A DNA stretch of 64,000 nt from contig CBDAON010000004.1 in NCBI GenBank assembly GCA_965198065.1, forward strand, positions 288,001-352,000, written 5' to 3'. Positions 1 to 11,035 of this stretch are shown one piece after another. The notes beneath the pieces are model-generated. The model worked only from the letters and a program-made list of their open reading frames with translations. It was not told the DNA's origin and did no database searches. A program made the position numbers and the translations under genes. How positions within the stretch are numbered: the stretch's first letter is position 1; every line of letters begins with the position of its first letter. The stretch is from Longimicrobiales bacterium. Its GTDB lineage: Bacteria; Gemmatimonadota; Gemmatimonadetes; Longimicrobiales; Gaopeijiaceae.

Positions 1-918
<918 letters not shown>

Positions 919-1079
919 TGGAGTCGGCGCCTAGGTAGGGGCCCGATCGGTGCCCCGCCAGGGAGGCCGCCCGGCTCCCAGTCTTGCGGCGCAGTTCGTT
1001 GTGGGGTCACCCCCCGGGAGTTACTAGTACTGGCGCCTGATCGAGACGGGAGCCGATCGAGGAATCCACATCACAGGAG

Positions 1080-1958
1080 GTGGACGTGAAGCATACGGCC
1101 AGAGCAATCGCCATGGGTCTCCTGGCGCTATCCGCCACCGCGTTCGCGGCGGAAGCACAACAGGGGGTGACCCGCTACGTCCGGTACCAGCAGGGGCAGA
1201 CGATCTCCTGGGGAGTGCTCGACGGCCAGACGATCTTCCAGCTCTCTGACGCGCCCTACCTCGGCGGAACCAGAACGGGCCAGTCCGTCCAGGCTTCCGC
1301 GGTCACGCTCAAGGCTCCGGTCGACCCCGAGCAGATCTTCATGACCGCGTTCAACTTCCTGAGCCACATCACGGGGGACCCCGCCGATCATCCAGGTCTC
1401 TTCCTCATCCCGTCCTCGTCGATCGTCGGAAGTGGCGAGGACATGGTCCGGCCTCCCGACGCGAACAACTTCCATTACGAGGCTGAGATGGTGGCCGTAG
1501 TGGGGCGGGAGGCGGCGAACGTCTCCGTCGAGGATGCCCCCGACTACATCTTCGGTGTCTCAGCGGGAAACGACGGGAGTGAGCGGACCTGGCAGAACGT
1601 GCAGGACATCCAGTGGACCCGCGCCAAAGGGAGCAGAAGCTTCAACGCGGTGGGGCCGCACCTGGTGGCGGGCCTGAATTACCACGACCTCGACATCACG
1701 GGCAGGCTGAACGGCGAGGTGCGCCAATCCGGTAACACCTCGGACCTGCTTTACGACATGCACGAGATGCTGAGCTACATCTCCCGGTATTTCACGCTCT
1801 ATCCCGGCGACCTCATCTGGACGGGAACGATGGGCACGACCGCCGCGATGGAGCCTGGCGACGTGTACGAGGTCGAGATCGAGGGAATCGGAGTCCTGCG
1901 GAACGCCATGGTGGAGGGGACGTGGCCGGCGGGCTTGTCCCCCATCGGCCCCCCTTAA
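1080..1958 (+). CDS. Fumarylacetoacetate hydrolase family protein with N-terminal signal peptide
   Basis: HYEAE, GNDGS, RAKG, LYPGDLIWTGT, IEGIGVLRN motifs; hydrophobic leader ending AFA-AEA; AGGAGG RBS (start may be GTG at 1086). Confidence 0.88.
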   Translation: MDVKHTARAIAMGLLALSATAFAAEAQQGVTRYVRYQQGQTISWGVLDGQTIFQLSDAPYLGGTRTGQSVQASAVTLKAPVDPEQIFMTAFNFLSHITGDPADHPGLFLIPSSSIVGSGEDMVRPPDANNFHYEAEMVAVVGREAANVSVEDAPDYIFGVSAGNDGSERTWQNVQDIQWTRAKGSRSFNAVGPHLVAGLNYHDLDITGRLNGEVRQSGNTSDLLYDMHEMLSYISRYFTLYPGDLIWTGTMGTTAAMEPGDVYEVEIEGIGVLRNAMVEGTWPAGLSPIGPP

Positions 1959-2049
1959 GAGGGGGCCGGCCGCGGGGCTGTTCGTCGCCCGCTTTCGACC
2001 AGCTTCTCAGGATGGACCGCCACACCCCAGAACGTCCAAGGAGGCTTAG

Positions 2050-2880
2050 ATGAGTCGAGCGAGTCTAGTGACCGGGATGGTCGCGCTGGCCCTGTCGGCG
2101 GCCGCCCCTACCGGCGCCCTCCAGCAGCTTCCGCCCGATGAGCCGGGGGCGCTGGCCCGATTGAACGCCTCGCCGCGGCACGGAGAGTGGGTGACCGTAG
2201 ATACCGGAGGCGGTGACGAGGTACGGGCCTGGGTAGTGTATCCCGAGCGCTCGACCGCGGCCCCGGTGGTCGTCGTGATCCAGGAGATCTATGGGCTCAC
2301 GGACTGGATCCGCTCCGTCGCTGATCAGTTGGCCGCGGACGGGTTCATCGCGATCGCCCCCGATCTTCTGAGCGGCAAGGGCCCGGGCGGAGGTGGGAGC
2401 GACTCCGTGGACCAGCAGGGTGCCGTAGCGCTCGTTCGCGAGCTCGACACGGCGGAGGTGACCCGCCGCCTCCAGGCCGTCGCCGCCTATGGCACCGCGC
2501 TGCCTGCGGCCACGGACCGGGTGGCCTCCATCGGCTTCTGCTGGGGAGGGGGAACGAGCTTTACGCTGGCCACCCGTTGGTCGGGCCTCGACGCGGCCGT
2601 CGTGTATTACGGGACCTCACCGGCGGATGCCGACGTCGCCCGGGTCACGGCGCCGGTCCTTGGGCTCTACGGTGGTAACGACGCTCGCGTGAACGCCACG
2701 ATACCGGCTGCCCAGGCGGTCATGAACCAGCGCGGGGGCCGGTACGAGGCAAACACTTACGAGGGAGCTGGGCATGGCTTCCTGCGGCAGCAGGACGGCC
2801 AGAGCGGTGCAAACATGCGCGCCACTCAGCAGGCCTGGCCCAGGACGGTGGCCTTCCTGAGGGAGGTGCTGGAAGAGTAG
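2050..2880 (+). CDS. Dienelactone hydrolase family protein, probably exported
   Basis: QEIYGL, GFCWGG nucleophile elbow, GAGHGF; N-terminal signal-like segment. Confidence 0.9.
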   Translation: MSRASLVTGMVALALSAAAPTGALQQLPPDEPGALARLNASPRHGEWVTVDTGGGDEVRAWVVYPERSTAAPVVVVIQEIYGLTDWIRSVADQLAADGFIAIAPDLLSGKGPGGGGSDSVDQQGAVALVRELDTAEVTRRLQAVAAYGTALPAATDRVASIGFCWGGGTSFTLATRWSGLDAAVVYYGTSPADADVARVTAPVLGLYGGNDARVNATIPAAQAVMNQRGGRYEANTYEGAGHGFLRQQDGQSGANMRATQQAWPRTVAFLREVLEE

Positions 2881-2920
2881 CCCCGCTTGGGCTCACGAAG
2901 GGTTCGGCGTAGACACGACC

Positions 2921-2954
2921 GAGGCCCGCCGGTGCAGAAGCGCCGGCGGGCCTC
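2921..2954 (+). terminator. Intrinsic terminator-like hairpin
   Basis: GAGGCCCGCCGGTGC-AGAA-GCGCCGGCGGGCCTC followed by TTCGCTT, 40 bp after the DLH stop. Confidence 0.65.
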
Positions 2955-3078
2955 TTCGCTTGGGCACCTCTCGCCCAGGATCTCGGTCGGCCCGGCCGAC
3001 GCATTGAGTGCCGTCGAAACGACGAGATACCGGGCGGCAGCCGCATCCGGGCAAGCGAGTCGAAAGAGGGTCACTGCG

Positions 3079-3132
3079 TTGTCACGGCCCCGATATTCGG
3101 TGTATATTCGGGTCGGCAGAACCGAATACCCG
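3079..3132 (+). promoter_or_regulatory. Putative sigma70 promoter of dnaE2 with overlapping repeat operator
   Basis: TTGTCA (3079) N18 TATATT (3103); ATATTCGG direct repeat with 11-bp period plus inverted copy CCGAATA at 3122. Confidence 0.5.
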
Positions 3133-3140
3133 ATTATCCC

Positions 3141-6100
3141 ATGGCCGCGCCCACGCCTCCGTACATCGAGCTCCACACCCACTCGGGCTACTCCTTCCTG
3201 GACGGGGCCTCGCATCCCGAGGAGCTCGTCCAGCGCGCGAAGGAGCTCGGCTATCCGGCGCTCGCCCTCACCGACCACGACGGCCTCTACGGGTCCATGG
3301 AGTTCGCCAGGGCCGCGAAGGAGGAGGGCCTCCAGCCGATCACGGGAGCCGAGATCACGGTCCGGGAGTGCGGGCTTCCCGGAGAGGGCGCGGGAGGCGT
3401 GCCGGGCCCACGCACCTATGGCGCCGCCCCGCGAGCTTCCCACGCTGCCCCCCTGGCGCGCGCCGCGTCGCTCGGCACGTCCCCCGACACACCCCGTCCC
3501 ACCCCCGCCGCTTCCTCCCGACCGGACGAGCCGCCTAATCTCTTCCACCTGACTCTCCTCGCCGAGACGCCGGCGGGGTACGCGAACCTTTGTCGGGTCC
3601 TCACCGAAGCACACCGCTCGAGCCCCCGGGGCTCCCCTTCCCTCCCCCTGTCGTTTCTCCTCGAGCACGCCGAGGGGCTCGTCCTCCTCACCGGTTGCCG
3701 GCGGAGCCCCCTCCTCCGTGCGCTCAAGGATTCGACGGCGGCGGGAGAGGCATTCGCGCAACGACTCCTCGATGCGTTCGGCCCCGACCGCCTCTTCGTC
3801 GAGCTCCAGGACAACCGGGTCCGCGGGGACGCCGAGCGGATCCGCCGCCTGGCCCGCCTGGCCGACCGGCTCGGGATCCCGGTCGTGGCCACGGGGAACG
3901 TCCACTATCACCGGAAGGAGCGGCACCGTCTCCAGGATGTCCTGGCGGCGATCCGGCATCGCTCGACGCTAGACGGCTCGCACGAGCGCCGCCGCCCCAA
4001 CTCCGAGTTCCACCTCGCCTCTCCCGAGGAGATGGTACGGCGCTTCGCCTCCCGCCCCGACGCGCTCAGGAGCACGCTCCGGATCGCCGAGCGGTGTGCC
4101 GCTTTCGACCTCACGGAGGATCTGGGCTACGTCTTCCCCGACTTCGAGGGGGGCTCCGAAAAGAATGCCCACGGGAAGAACGCGATGGAGGTGCTCGCCC
4201 AGGTCACTCGCGCCCTCCTGGATGAGCACTATCCGGAGGATCCCCGGCTCGCCTATCCCGATGCGTCCCCTGCCGAGGCCGGGGAGTGGGAGGTGCTCCG
4301 GCGAAGGGCCCAGGAGCGGCGGGCGGAGGCCGAGCGCCGTCTCGAGCAGGAGCTCCGCCTGGTCGAGCACCATGGGCTCGGGGGGTTCTTCCTCGTTTAC
4401 CGGGACATCATGGAGCTCGCAAAGGTGGTGGCCGCCCGGGCGCGGCCGAGGCTCCTCCGTCTCTTCGATCATCTGCTACCTGATCGGCCTCTCCCACGTG
4501 GATCCGGTCGAGGCAAACCTCTTCCTAGGCCGCTTCCTAAACGAGGCCGTGGGCTCGGTCCCGGACATCGACCTCGACTTTCCCCGGGACATCCGGGAGG
4601 AGCTGATCCTCGCTGTCTACGAGAAGTACGGCCACGACCACACGGGGGCTCGTGTGCATCTTCCCGACCTACCGGCTCCGCTCCTCCGTGCGGGAGGTGG
4701 GAAAGGCGCTGGACCTCCCCGCGGGAGACCTCGATAAGGTCGCGAAGCTGGCCGAGCACCGCTCTACTGAGGGGCTCCGGGGGGATCTCGCCACGATCCC
4801 CGAGTTCAAGGACAAGCTCGACACCCACCCCTGGAAGCTCTTCCTCGAACGGGTGGACGAGATCGGGGGGCTTCCCCGCCACATCTCCCAGCACGTGGGG
4901 GGGATGATCATCTCGAGCCGGCCACTCATCGAGATCGTCCCGCTCGAGCCCGCCGCCATGGAGGGGCGCTTCCTCTGCCAGTGGGACAAGGACTCCTGCG
5001 ACGACGCGGGCTTCATCAAGATCGACTTTCTCGCCCTCGGGATGCTCTCCCTCGTCGAGGAAGCCGTGGACCTGATCGCGGAGCGGAGCCCGACGGGTCG
5101 CGCCCCCGACCTTTCCCGGATCGATCTGAACGATCCGGCCGTGTACCGGCGGATCCAGGAGGGGGACACGGTCGGGCTCTTTCAGGTGGAAAGCCGAGCT
5201 CAGATCCAGATGCTCCGCCGCACCCTCCCCTCGAACATCCCCGAGCTCGCGGTCCAGGTCGCGATCGTCCGCCCCGGCCCGATCGTGGGGGGCGCGGTGA
5301 ACCCGTACGTCCGCTGCCGGGAAGCCCAACGCGCAGACCCGAATTACCGGATCCCGTACGATCACCCCCTCCTCGAGGAGGCGCTCGAGGAGACGCTCGG
5401 CGTCATCATCTTCCAGGACCAGGTTCTCCAGGTCTGCCGCGCGCTCGCCGGGTTCACGGACGGGCAGGCCGAGTCGCTCCGCCGGGCCATGAGCCGGAAG
5501 CGCTCGATGGGGGCCATGCAGGGTCACTGGGAGGCGTTTCGGCAGGGCGCGGCCGCGAAAGGAGTCGACGAGGAGACGGCGAAGACCGTCTTCCGCCAGG
5601 TCGTCGCGTTCTCCGAGTTCGGCTTCCCCAAGTCGCACGCGGCCGCCTTTGGGCTTCTCGCGTACCAGTCCGCGTGGCTCCGGCACTACTTCCCGACCGA
5701 GTACTACGTTGGGCTCTTCAACAACCAGCCCATGGGGTTCTACTCGCTAGACGCGCTCGCCCGGGACGCCAAGCGGAACGGGATCCGGATCCTGCTCCCC
5801 GACGTGAACCGGAGCGGAGTGCGCTCGACGGCCGAGGGGAGGGACCTCCGGGTCGGGCTCGGGTTCGTCCGGGGTTGGGGGGAGGAGATCGCCGAGCGGG
5901 TCGTGGAGGAGAGGGATCGGAACGGCCCTTTTCGCACGCTCGTGGACTTCCTGCGCCGCACCCCCACCGCGCTCCGCCGCCCTTCCGTCGAGAACCTGAT
6001 CTGGGTGGGAGGGCTAAACGGGCTCGGGCTCACGAGGCGAGAACTCCTCTGGCAGACCGGGCTATGGCTCGGCCCCGACGAGGAGCGCACCCGCGCCCGG

Positions 6101-6732
6101 GGGCGCTCGGACGACCCCCAGATCCCGATCGCGATCCCGGACCCCGACGCGGACCGGCCCTTCGGGGAGCTCCGGGACACGGACCGGATGGTGGCCGAGT
6201 ACCGGATGCTCCGCTTCTCGACCGACCTCCACCCCCTGTACCTCGTCCGGGACCGGCTCGCCCCGGGCACGATCTCGTCGGAGCGGCTGGCTGATCTTCC
6301 CCAGGGGACGATCGTCACGCTCGCGGGGGTCGTGATCGCCCGCCAGCGCCCCCAGACGGCCAAGGGCTATGTATTTATCCTGATGGAAGATGAGTTCGGT
6401 CATATCAACACGATCGTGAAGGCTAAAGTCTACGAGAAGTGCCGTGCGGCTGTCCGGATGGAGCCGTTCCTCTCAGTCAAGGGGAGGCTGCAGCGGGATG
6501 GCGCGGTCCTGAACGTAATCGCCCTCGAGGTGACCGCGCTCGAGATGCACGGGAGGCCGGGAGCGGCGCGCCGGGTGCTACGGCCGAAGGGGCAAAGCGG
6601 CACGGCCGGTGACGGGGGGGGGACCTCCCGAGCCCGCTCGCCCCAGGCCCCGACGACGCGTACAGCCGGAAGCCCTTCGCTTACCTCACTGCCCTCCGTC
6701 AGAGCCCACCCGACGTGAAGAGCTTCGGGTGA
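3141..6732 (+). CDS. dnaE2: Error-prone DNA polymerase III alpha (DnaE2), split by about 3 frameshifts (~4437, ~4645, ~6620)
   Basis: PHP motifs ELHTHSGYSFLDG and TDHDGLYG; GRGSS, PDIDLD, SQHVGG, QWDKD, KIDFLALG, FGFPKSHAAAF, NNQPMGFY, OB fold RQRPQTAKG; DnaE2-type terminal PDVKSFG* appears in another frame after a G9 run. Confidence 0.9.
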
Positions 6733-6881
6733 GCCTCCGAGCTCGCCAGGCGCGCACTCCGCCGGGAATCGCATCATTGCTGCCCCGCAATCTCCGAGCT
6801 ACGTTCGACGCCCAGCCTGCTAGCTCCTTCCACGCGAGCGAGTTCGGCGAAGACTGTCGGACGACAATCCCGAACACTCCC

Positions 6882-7649
6882 ATGAAGAAATCGTACGGGA
6901 CGGACATCGGCAGGCCGTCACGTAGGGAGTTTCTCCAAAGCGCGGCTGCGGCCGCGGCGGGACTCGCCTTCGCGCCCGTGCTCTCCCCGGAACGCTTCGC
7001 CGGCGCCCGGGCGGCGCCCCAATCCATGAGGATCGGCATCATCGGAGCGGGGCGGATCGGGGGAGCGGTTGGGCTCAAGTGGGCCGAGGCTGGACACGAT
7101 ATCCTCTTCTCCTCCCGGAACCCCGGAGAGCTGACACCTCTGGTGGAACGGGGCGGCCCGAGGACCCGTGCGGGATTCCCGAGCGAGGCGGCGGAGTTCG
7201 GCGACCTGGTCTTCGTCGCCGTGCCCTTCGACGCGCTCCCCCAGGTGGGCCGCGACCACTCCCCTCTGATGCAGGGGAAGGTGGTGATCGGCTGCAGTAA
7301 TCCCTCCCAGAACAACGGTGGACCGCTGGCGGAGGACGCGCTGGCCAGGGGTTCCGGCGTCGTCTCCGCGGAGCTCTTCCCGGGAGTTCGGCTCGTGCGC
7401 GCCTTCAACGCGATCAACTACCGATCCGTTGAAAGTGAAGCCCACCGCCCCGGAGAGAAGGTGGGGATTCCCATCGCGGGTGACGACGATGAGGTGGTTC
7501 GGATCACCGCGGGCCTCGTCGTGGACGCCGGCTTCGACGCGGTCGTGGTCGGGCCCCTGGAGCGAGCGCGGGACTTCGATCCCGGCACCCCGGTGTTCGT
7601 GACGAACATGACCGCGGCGGAGCTACGGGTGGCTCTGGGACTCATGTAG
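6882..7649 (+). CDS. NAD(P)-binding oxidoreductase (F420H2:NADP oxidoreductase-like) with Tat signal
   Basis: SRREFLQ twin-arginine leader; IGIIGAGRIG Rossmann motif, SSRNP, VRAFN, AGDD. Confidence 0.85.
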   Translation: MKKSYGTDIGRPSRREFLQSAAAAAAGLAFAPVLSPERFAGARAAPQSMRIGIIGAGRIGGAVGLKWAEAGHDILFSSRNPGELTPLVERGGPRTRAGFPSEAAEFGDLVFVAVPFDALPQVGRDHSPLMQGKVVIGCSNPSQNNGGPLAEDALARGSGVVSAELFPGVRLVRAFNAINYRSVESEAHRPGEKVGIPIAGDDDEVVRITAGLVVDAGFDAVVVGPLERARDFDPGTPVFVTNMTAAELRVALGLM

Positions 7650-7769
7650 ACGTCACAGGAGCTTGGGATGGAATACGTATACCTGGAGGCTCCGGGCGGA
7701 TCGCACGCGAGCGCCGGCCGTGAGAACATCGACAAGGTCTTCGCCTTCCTTAAACGAGCACCGAAACTA
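7650..7769 (+). pseudogene. C-terminal remnant of an alpha/beta-hydrolase (esterase/peptidase-like)
   Basis: Reads QELGMEYVYLEAPGGSH...ENIDKVFAFL, resembling the catalytic-His terminal segment of such hydrolases; no upstream part present. Confidence 0.4.
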
Positions 7770-8847
7770 ATGCCACACTTACACGATCGATCGAACCCGA
7801 TCTCTCGGCGCGAGGTGCTCCGCCTCCTCGGCGGAGCCGCCGGCATCGGAGTGTTGGAAGGTTGCAGAGCATTCAGCGCCGGGGAGTCGAGCGCGGGCTC
7901 CGGCTTGGCCGGGGTGCCGGACGACGCGATGGTCCGAACTCTGCTCGGAGACATCACGCCCGGGGCCATTCGCGGGGCGACGCTCTTCCACGAGCACCTG
8001 TCGATCCGGCTCAATCCCGATCGCCCCTCGGCAACGGACGACGTCGACAACGTGATTCGCGAAGTCCTGATCGCGGCCGAGGAGGGAGTCGGCTGCATCG
8101 TGGACGGAGGCCATCCGGACATGCGGCGGGATCTCGCCGCTGTACGGCGGGTCGCGGTCGAGACCGGCGTCCACGTCGTGGCGTCGGGCGGCTACTACAT
8201 GGAGCGCTACTACCCGCCCGAGATCGCGACCTCGAGCGAGGATCTGATCGCCGAGGAGCTGGTCGCCGAGGCCTCGCGAGACCGCTTGGGTGCCTTTGGC
8301 GAGTATCGGCCAGAACTCCAACGCCGCCGAGATGACTCCCGACGAACGGAAGGTGTTTCGCGCGGTTGGGAAGGCCCACGTAGCCACGGGAATCCCGGTC
8401 TTCACGCACAACGCGTATGGGACCGGAGAGAACGTGCGGCCGGACGCCGGGCTCACGCAGCTGGACGTCCTCGAGTCCGTGGGCGTTCCGCCGGAGCACA
8501 TCGTCATCGGGCACGCATGTTGCCTCGACGATCCCTCGGCGAGCGTGCTGATCCGCATCGCTGAGAGGGGCGCCTTCGTCGGATTCGATCGGGTCACGGG
8601 CGGGCGGGTGGACGACGCCCAGAAGGTCGTGACGATCCTGGCGTTCCTCGAGGCCGGACATGCCGACAAGCTCCTGATCTCGTCGGACTTCACGGGCCGG
8701 CGCTCCGAGGAGCGCCCCGGCTACGTAAACCCCATCACGGTCTTCGCGCCGCTCCTTCGGGAGGCCGGGGTCGATCCCAGCGTGCTGGACGCCATTCAGC
8801 GCGACAACCCGCGCCGCTTCCTCACGTTCGTGCCTCGCGTCGCCTAG
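7770..8847 (+). CDS. Phosphotriesterase-related amidohydrolase with Tat signal; +1 frameshift near 8304
   Basis: SRREVL leader; TLFHEHL, AFGE(I)G, PVFTH, VIGH, LISSD, NPRRFL; an extra T in gagTatcggc breaks the frame. Confidence 0.85.
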
Positions 8848-8934
8848 ACGCTCCCGGTTCGGGTCCCGGACGGGGCCTCAGCCGGATCGCGGCGTCCGGA
8901 GCCAGGATCCGGCCGCTGTTGTAGAGCGACCGAG

Positions 8935-9414
8935 CTACGGAGCCGTCACCGAGATGTCGACCGTATCCGTCACGGGTGGATCGAGCGGGATGTGCATTCC
9001 GTCCGCCACCACCGCGATCAAACGATGGGGCCCCGGGGCGAGTCCCTCCACCATGTGCTCGGTCTGCGCCATCCCGAGGTGGATGATCCCCGGCTGTCCC
9101 GCCGGGATCACCTGTCCCGCCGGCGTGGGGTCCACGTCCACGAAGAGGTGGTGATGTCCCGTGCCGGGGTCCGGGGTCCCGGCCGGCGCGATCCTCAGGT
9201 TCGTGACGCCGTAGACCACCTGTAGGTTCGGGCCGGTGACCGCCGCCCCGTTCATCGGCTGCACTATGGTAACCGTGGCTCTCGGCGGCTCCAGCGTCGG
9301 GGTCGCCACCGGAGCCTGGGCCGGCGCTTCCCCCGTCTCCTGAGGCTGGTCCGCACACCCAGCGAGGGCGACGAGCCCGAGCAGCGGCAGCCACGACCTG
9401 AGAATGTTCACCAT
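8935..9414 (-). CDS. DUF4399-like lipoprotein
   Basis: Lipobox LAGC; GTGHHHLFVD, IHLG, LAPGPHRL, DGMH. Confidence 0.75.
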   Translation of the reverse strand: MVNILRSWLPLLGLVALAGCADQPQETGEAPAQAPVATPTLEPPRATVTIVQPMNGAAVTGPNLQVVYGVTNLRIAPAGTPDPGTGHHHLFVDVDPTPAGQVIPAGQPGIIHLGMAQTEHMVEGLAPGPHRLIAVVADGMHIPLDPPVTDTVDISVTAP

Positions 9415-9492
9415 GTCTCGCTCTCACTGTTGGGTCGAATGTTGGGTCAAAGGCCGATCGAGGGTGACGACGGGGAGGCTCCCCCCCCGTGG

Positions 9493-9612
9493 AAAGATAC
9501 TATGCGGTCGCTTTTCCACGGGCAAACGCCGCGAAATCGCTTCCGGACGGACAAAGATACTATGCGGTCGCTTTTCCACGGGCAAACGCCGCGAAATCGC
9601 TTCCGGACGGAC
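9493..9612. repeat. Perfect 60-bp tandem duplication covering the mscS stop codon
   Basis: 9493-9552 is identical to 9553-9612. Confidence 0.95.
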
Positions 9613-10825
9613 TCTGGAAGACCCCGAGGTCGAACTGGGGGACCATCGTGAGGACGTGGTCGAAAACGTCGCCCTGGATCCCCTCGTACTCGATCCAGCG
9701 AGTGTCCGACACGAACACGTAGATCTCGATCGGAAGCCCGTTAGGCCCGGGGGCGAGCTGGCGGACTAGCAGGGTCGAGTCCTTCCTTAGATCGGGGTGT
9801 CGCCGAAGGTACTCGACCAGGTACGCCCGGAGCACGCCGACGTTCGTCAGTCGGCGACGGGCCGGCACCCGGACCCCGTCCGCCGGCTGGTGAGCCCGGT
9901 TGTGGGCCTCGATCTCGACCCGCTTCCGCGCCACGTACTCCCGGAGGAGCTCCCACTCGCCGAAGCGATCCACCTCGTCGTCCGTGAGGAATCGGATCGT
10001 CCCCTGATCGATGTTGAACGCGCGCTTGATCCGTCGTCCCCCCGACTCCTCCATCCCCCGCCAGTTCCGGAAGGAATGCTCCAGGAACTTGTGGGTCGGG
10101 ATCACCGTGAACGTGTTGTCGAAGTTCTGGACCTTCACGAAGTTGAGCGCGATGTCGACCACGTCCCCGTCCGCGTCGAACTGCGGCATCTCGATCCAGT
10201 CCCCCACGCGGATCAGGTCGTTCGTCGTGATCTGGATCCCAGCGACCAACGAGAGGAGGGAATCCCGAAACACGAGGAGGAGAACCGCGGCGAACGCGCC
10301 CATCCCGCCCAGGAAGAAGAGGGGATCCTCGGACATGAGCGCGGCGATGACGAGGACCAGGCCGGCCAGGTGGGCGAGGATGTTCGCGACCTGGAGGAAG
10401 CCCTTGATCGGACGCTCCTTCGCGCGAGGGAGCCCCGAGTAGATCTGATGGAATCCGTCGAGGACGGCGGAGAAAGCGCGCACCAGGACGACGATGAGAG
10501 TCGCGAGGAGCACCCTCCGGACCAGGTCGACGAGATCCGTCGGCACGCCCGGCACGAGGAGAGCGCCGTAATACCAGAACACCAGCGGTACTGCCCAGGC
10601 GAGACGCTGGGGCAGGCGCGCCTGAAGGAACGCGTCGTCCCAGCGGGTCGAGCTCCGCTTGGCGATCCGCTGGATCAGCTGGAGGACGTAAAAGCGGAAC
10701 AGCCGATGGAGCGCCTCGCCCAGCACGGCCACACCTGCCGCCACGGTGAGTGCGCCAAAAATGGGGTTGCCCTGGAGCCAGCCCTCGATGGGAGCCAGGA
10801 GACGGTTGATCTGCGACTGGATCAC
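9560..10825 (-). CDS. Mechanosensitive channel, MscS family (YbdG-like)
   Basis: RPIKG, VGDWIEMP, ADGDV, NWRGMEESGGRRIKR, LTNVG, LLVRQLAP, GLPIEIY, FQSPSG. Confidence 0.92.
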   Translation of the reverse strand: MIQSQINRLLAPIEGWLQGNPIFGALTVAAGVAVLGEALHRLFRFYVLQLIQRIAKRSSTRWDDAFLQARLPQRLAWAVPLVFWYYGALLVPGVPTDLVDLVRRVLLATLIVVLVRAFSAVLDGFHQIYSGLPRAKERPIKGFLQVANILAHLAGLVLVIAALMSEDPLFFLGGMGAFAAVLLLVFRDSLLSLVAGIQITTNDLIRVGDWIEMPQFDADGDVVDIALNFVKVQNFDNTFTVIPTHKFLEHSFRNWRGMEESGGRRIKRAFNIDQGTIRFLTDDEVDRFGEWELLREYVARKRVEIEAHNRAHQPADGVRVPARRRLTNVGVLRAYLVEYLRRHPDLRKDSTLLVRQLAPGPNGLPIEIYVFVSDTRWIEYEGIQGDVFDHVLTMVPQFDLGVFQSPSGSDFAAFARGKATA

Positions 10826-10923
10826 GGGTCTGAGCCCTCAGGTCCGGGCACCGCAGCGGCGCGCGGGCCACGGTGTGAACGGAGCGACGACGAGCCACCG
10901 GGCGCGCGAGGAACGTACACTTC

Positions 10924-10977
10924 CTGGATTCCGACGAAAACCACCCGCCACTGGATTCCGACGAAAACCACCCGCCA
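10924..10977. repeat. Perfect 27-bp tandem duplication
   Basis: CTGGATTCCGACGAAAACCACCCGCCA x2, intergenic, immediately past a terminator hairpin. Confidence 0.95.
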
Positions 10978-10980
10978 AAG

Positions 10981-11016
10981 GAAGCGGCCGCCGGCTCGTA
11001 AGCCAGCGGCCGCTTC
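10981..11016 (-). terminator. Intrinsic terminator hairpin of the 11036-12694 gene
   Basis: 16-bp stem with 4-nt loop; the single mismatch is a G-U wobble on the minus strand; followed by CTTT. Confidence 0.7.
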
Positions 11017-11035
11017 TACGTTCGAACCTTCGCGG

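Noticed and set aside
9493..10977. Short repeats as a CRISPR array
   Set aside because: Only two directly adjacent copies each, no spacers, no cas genes
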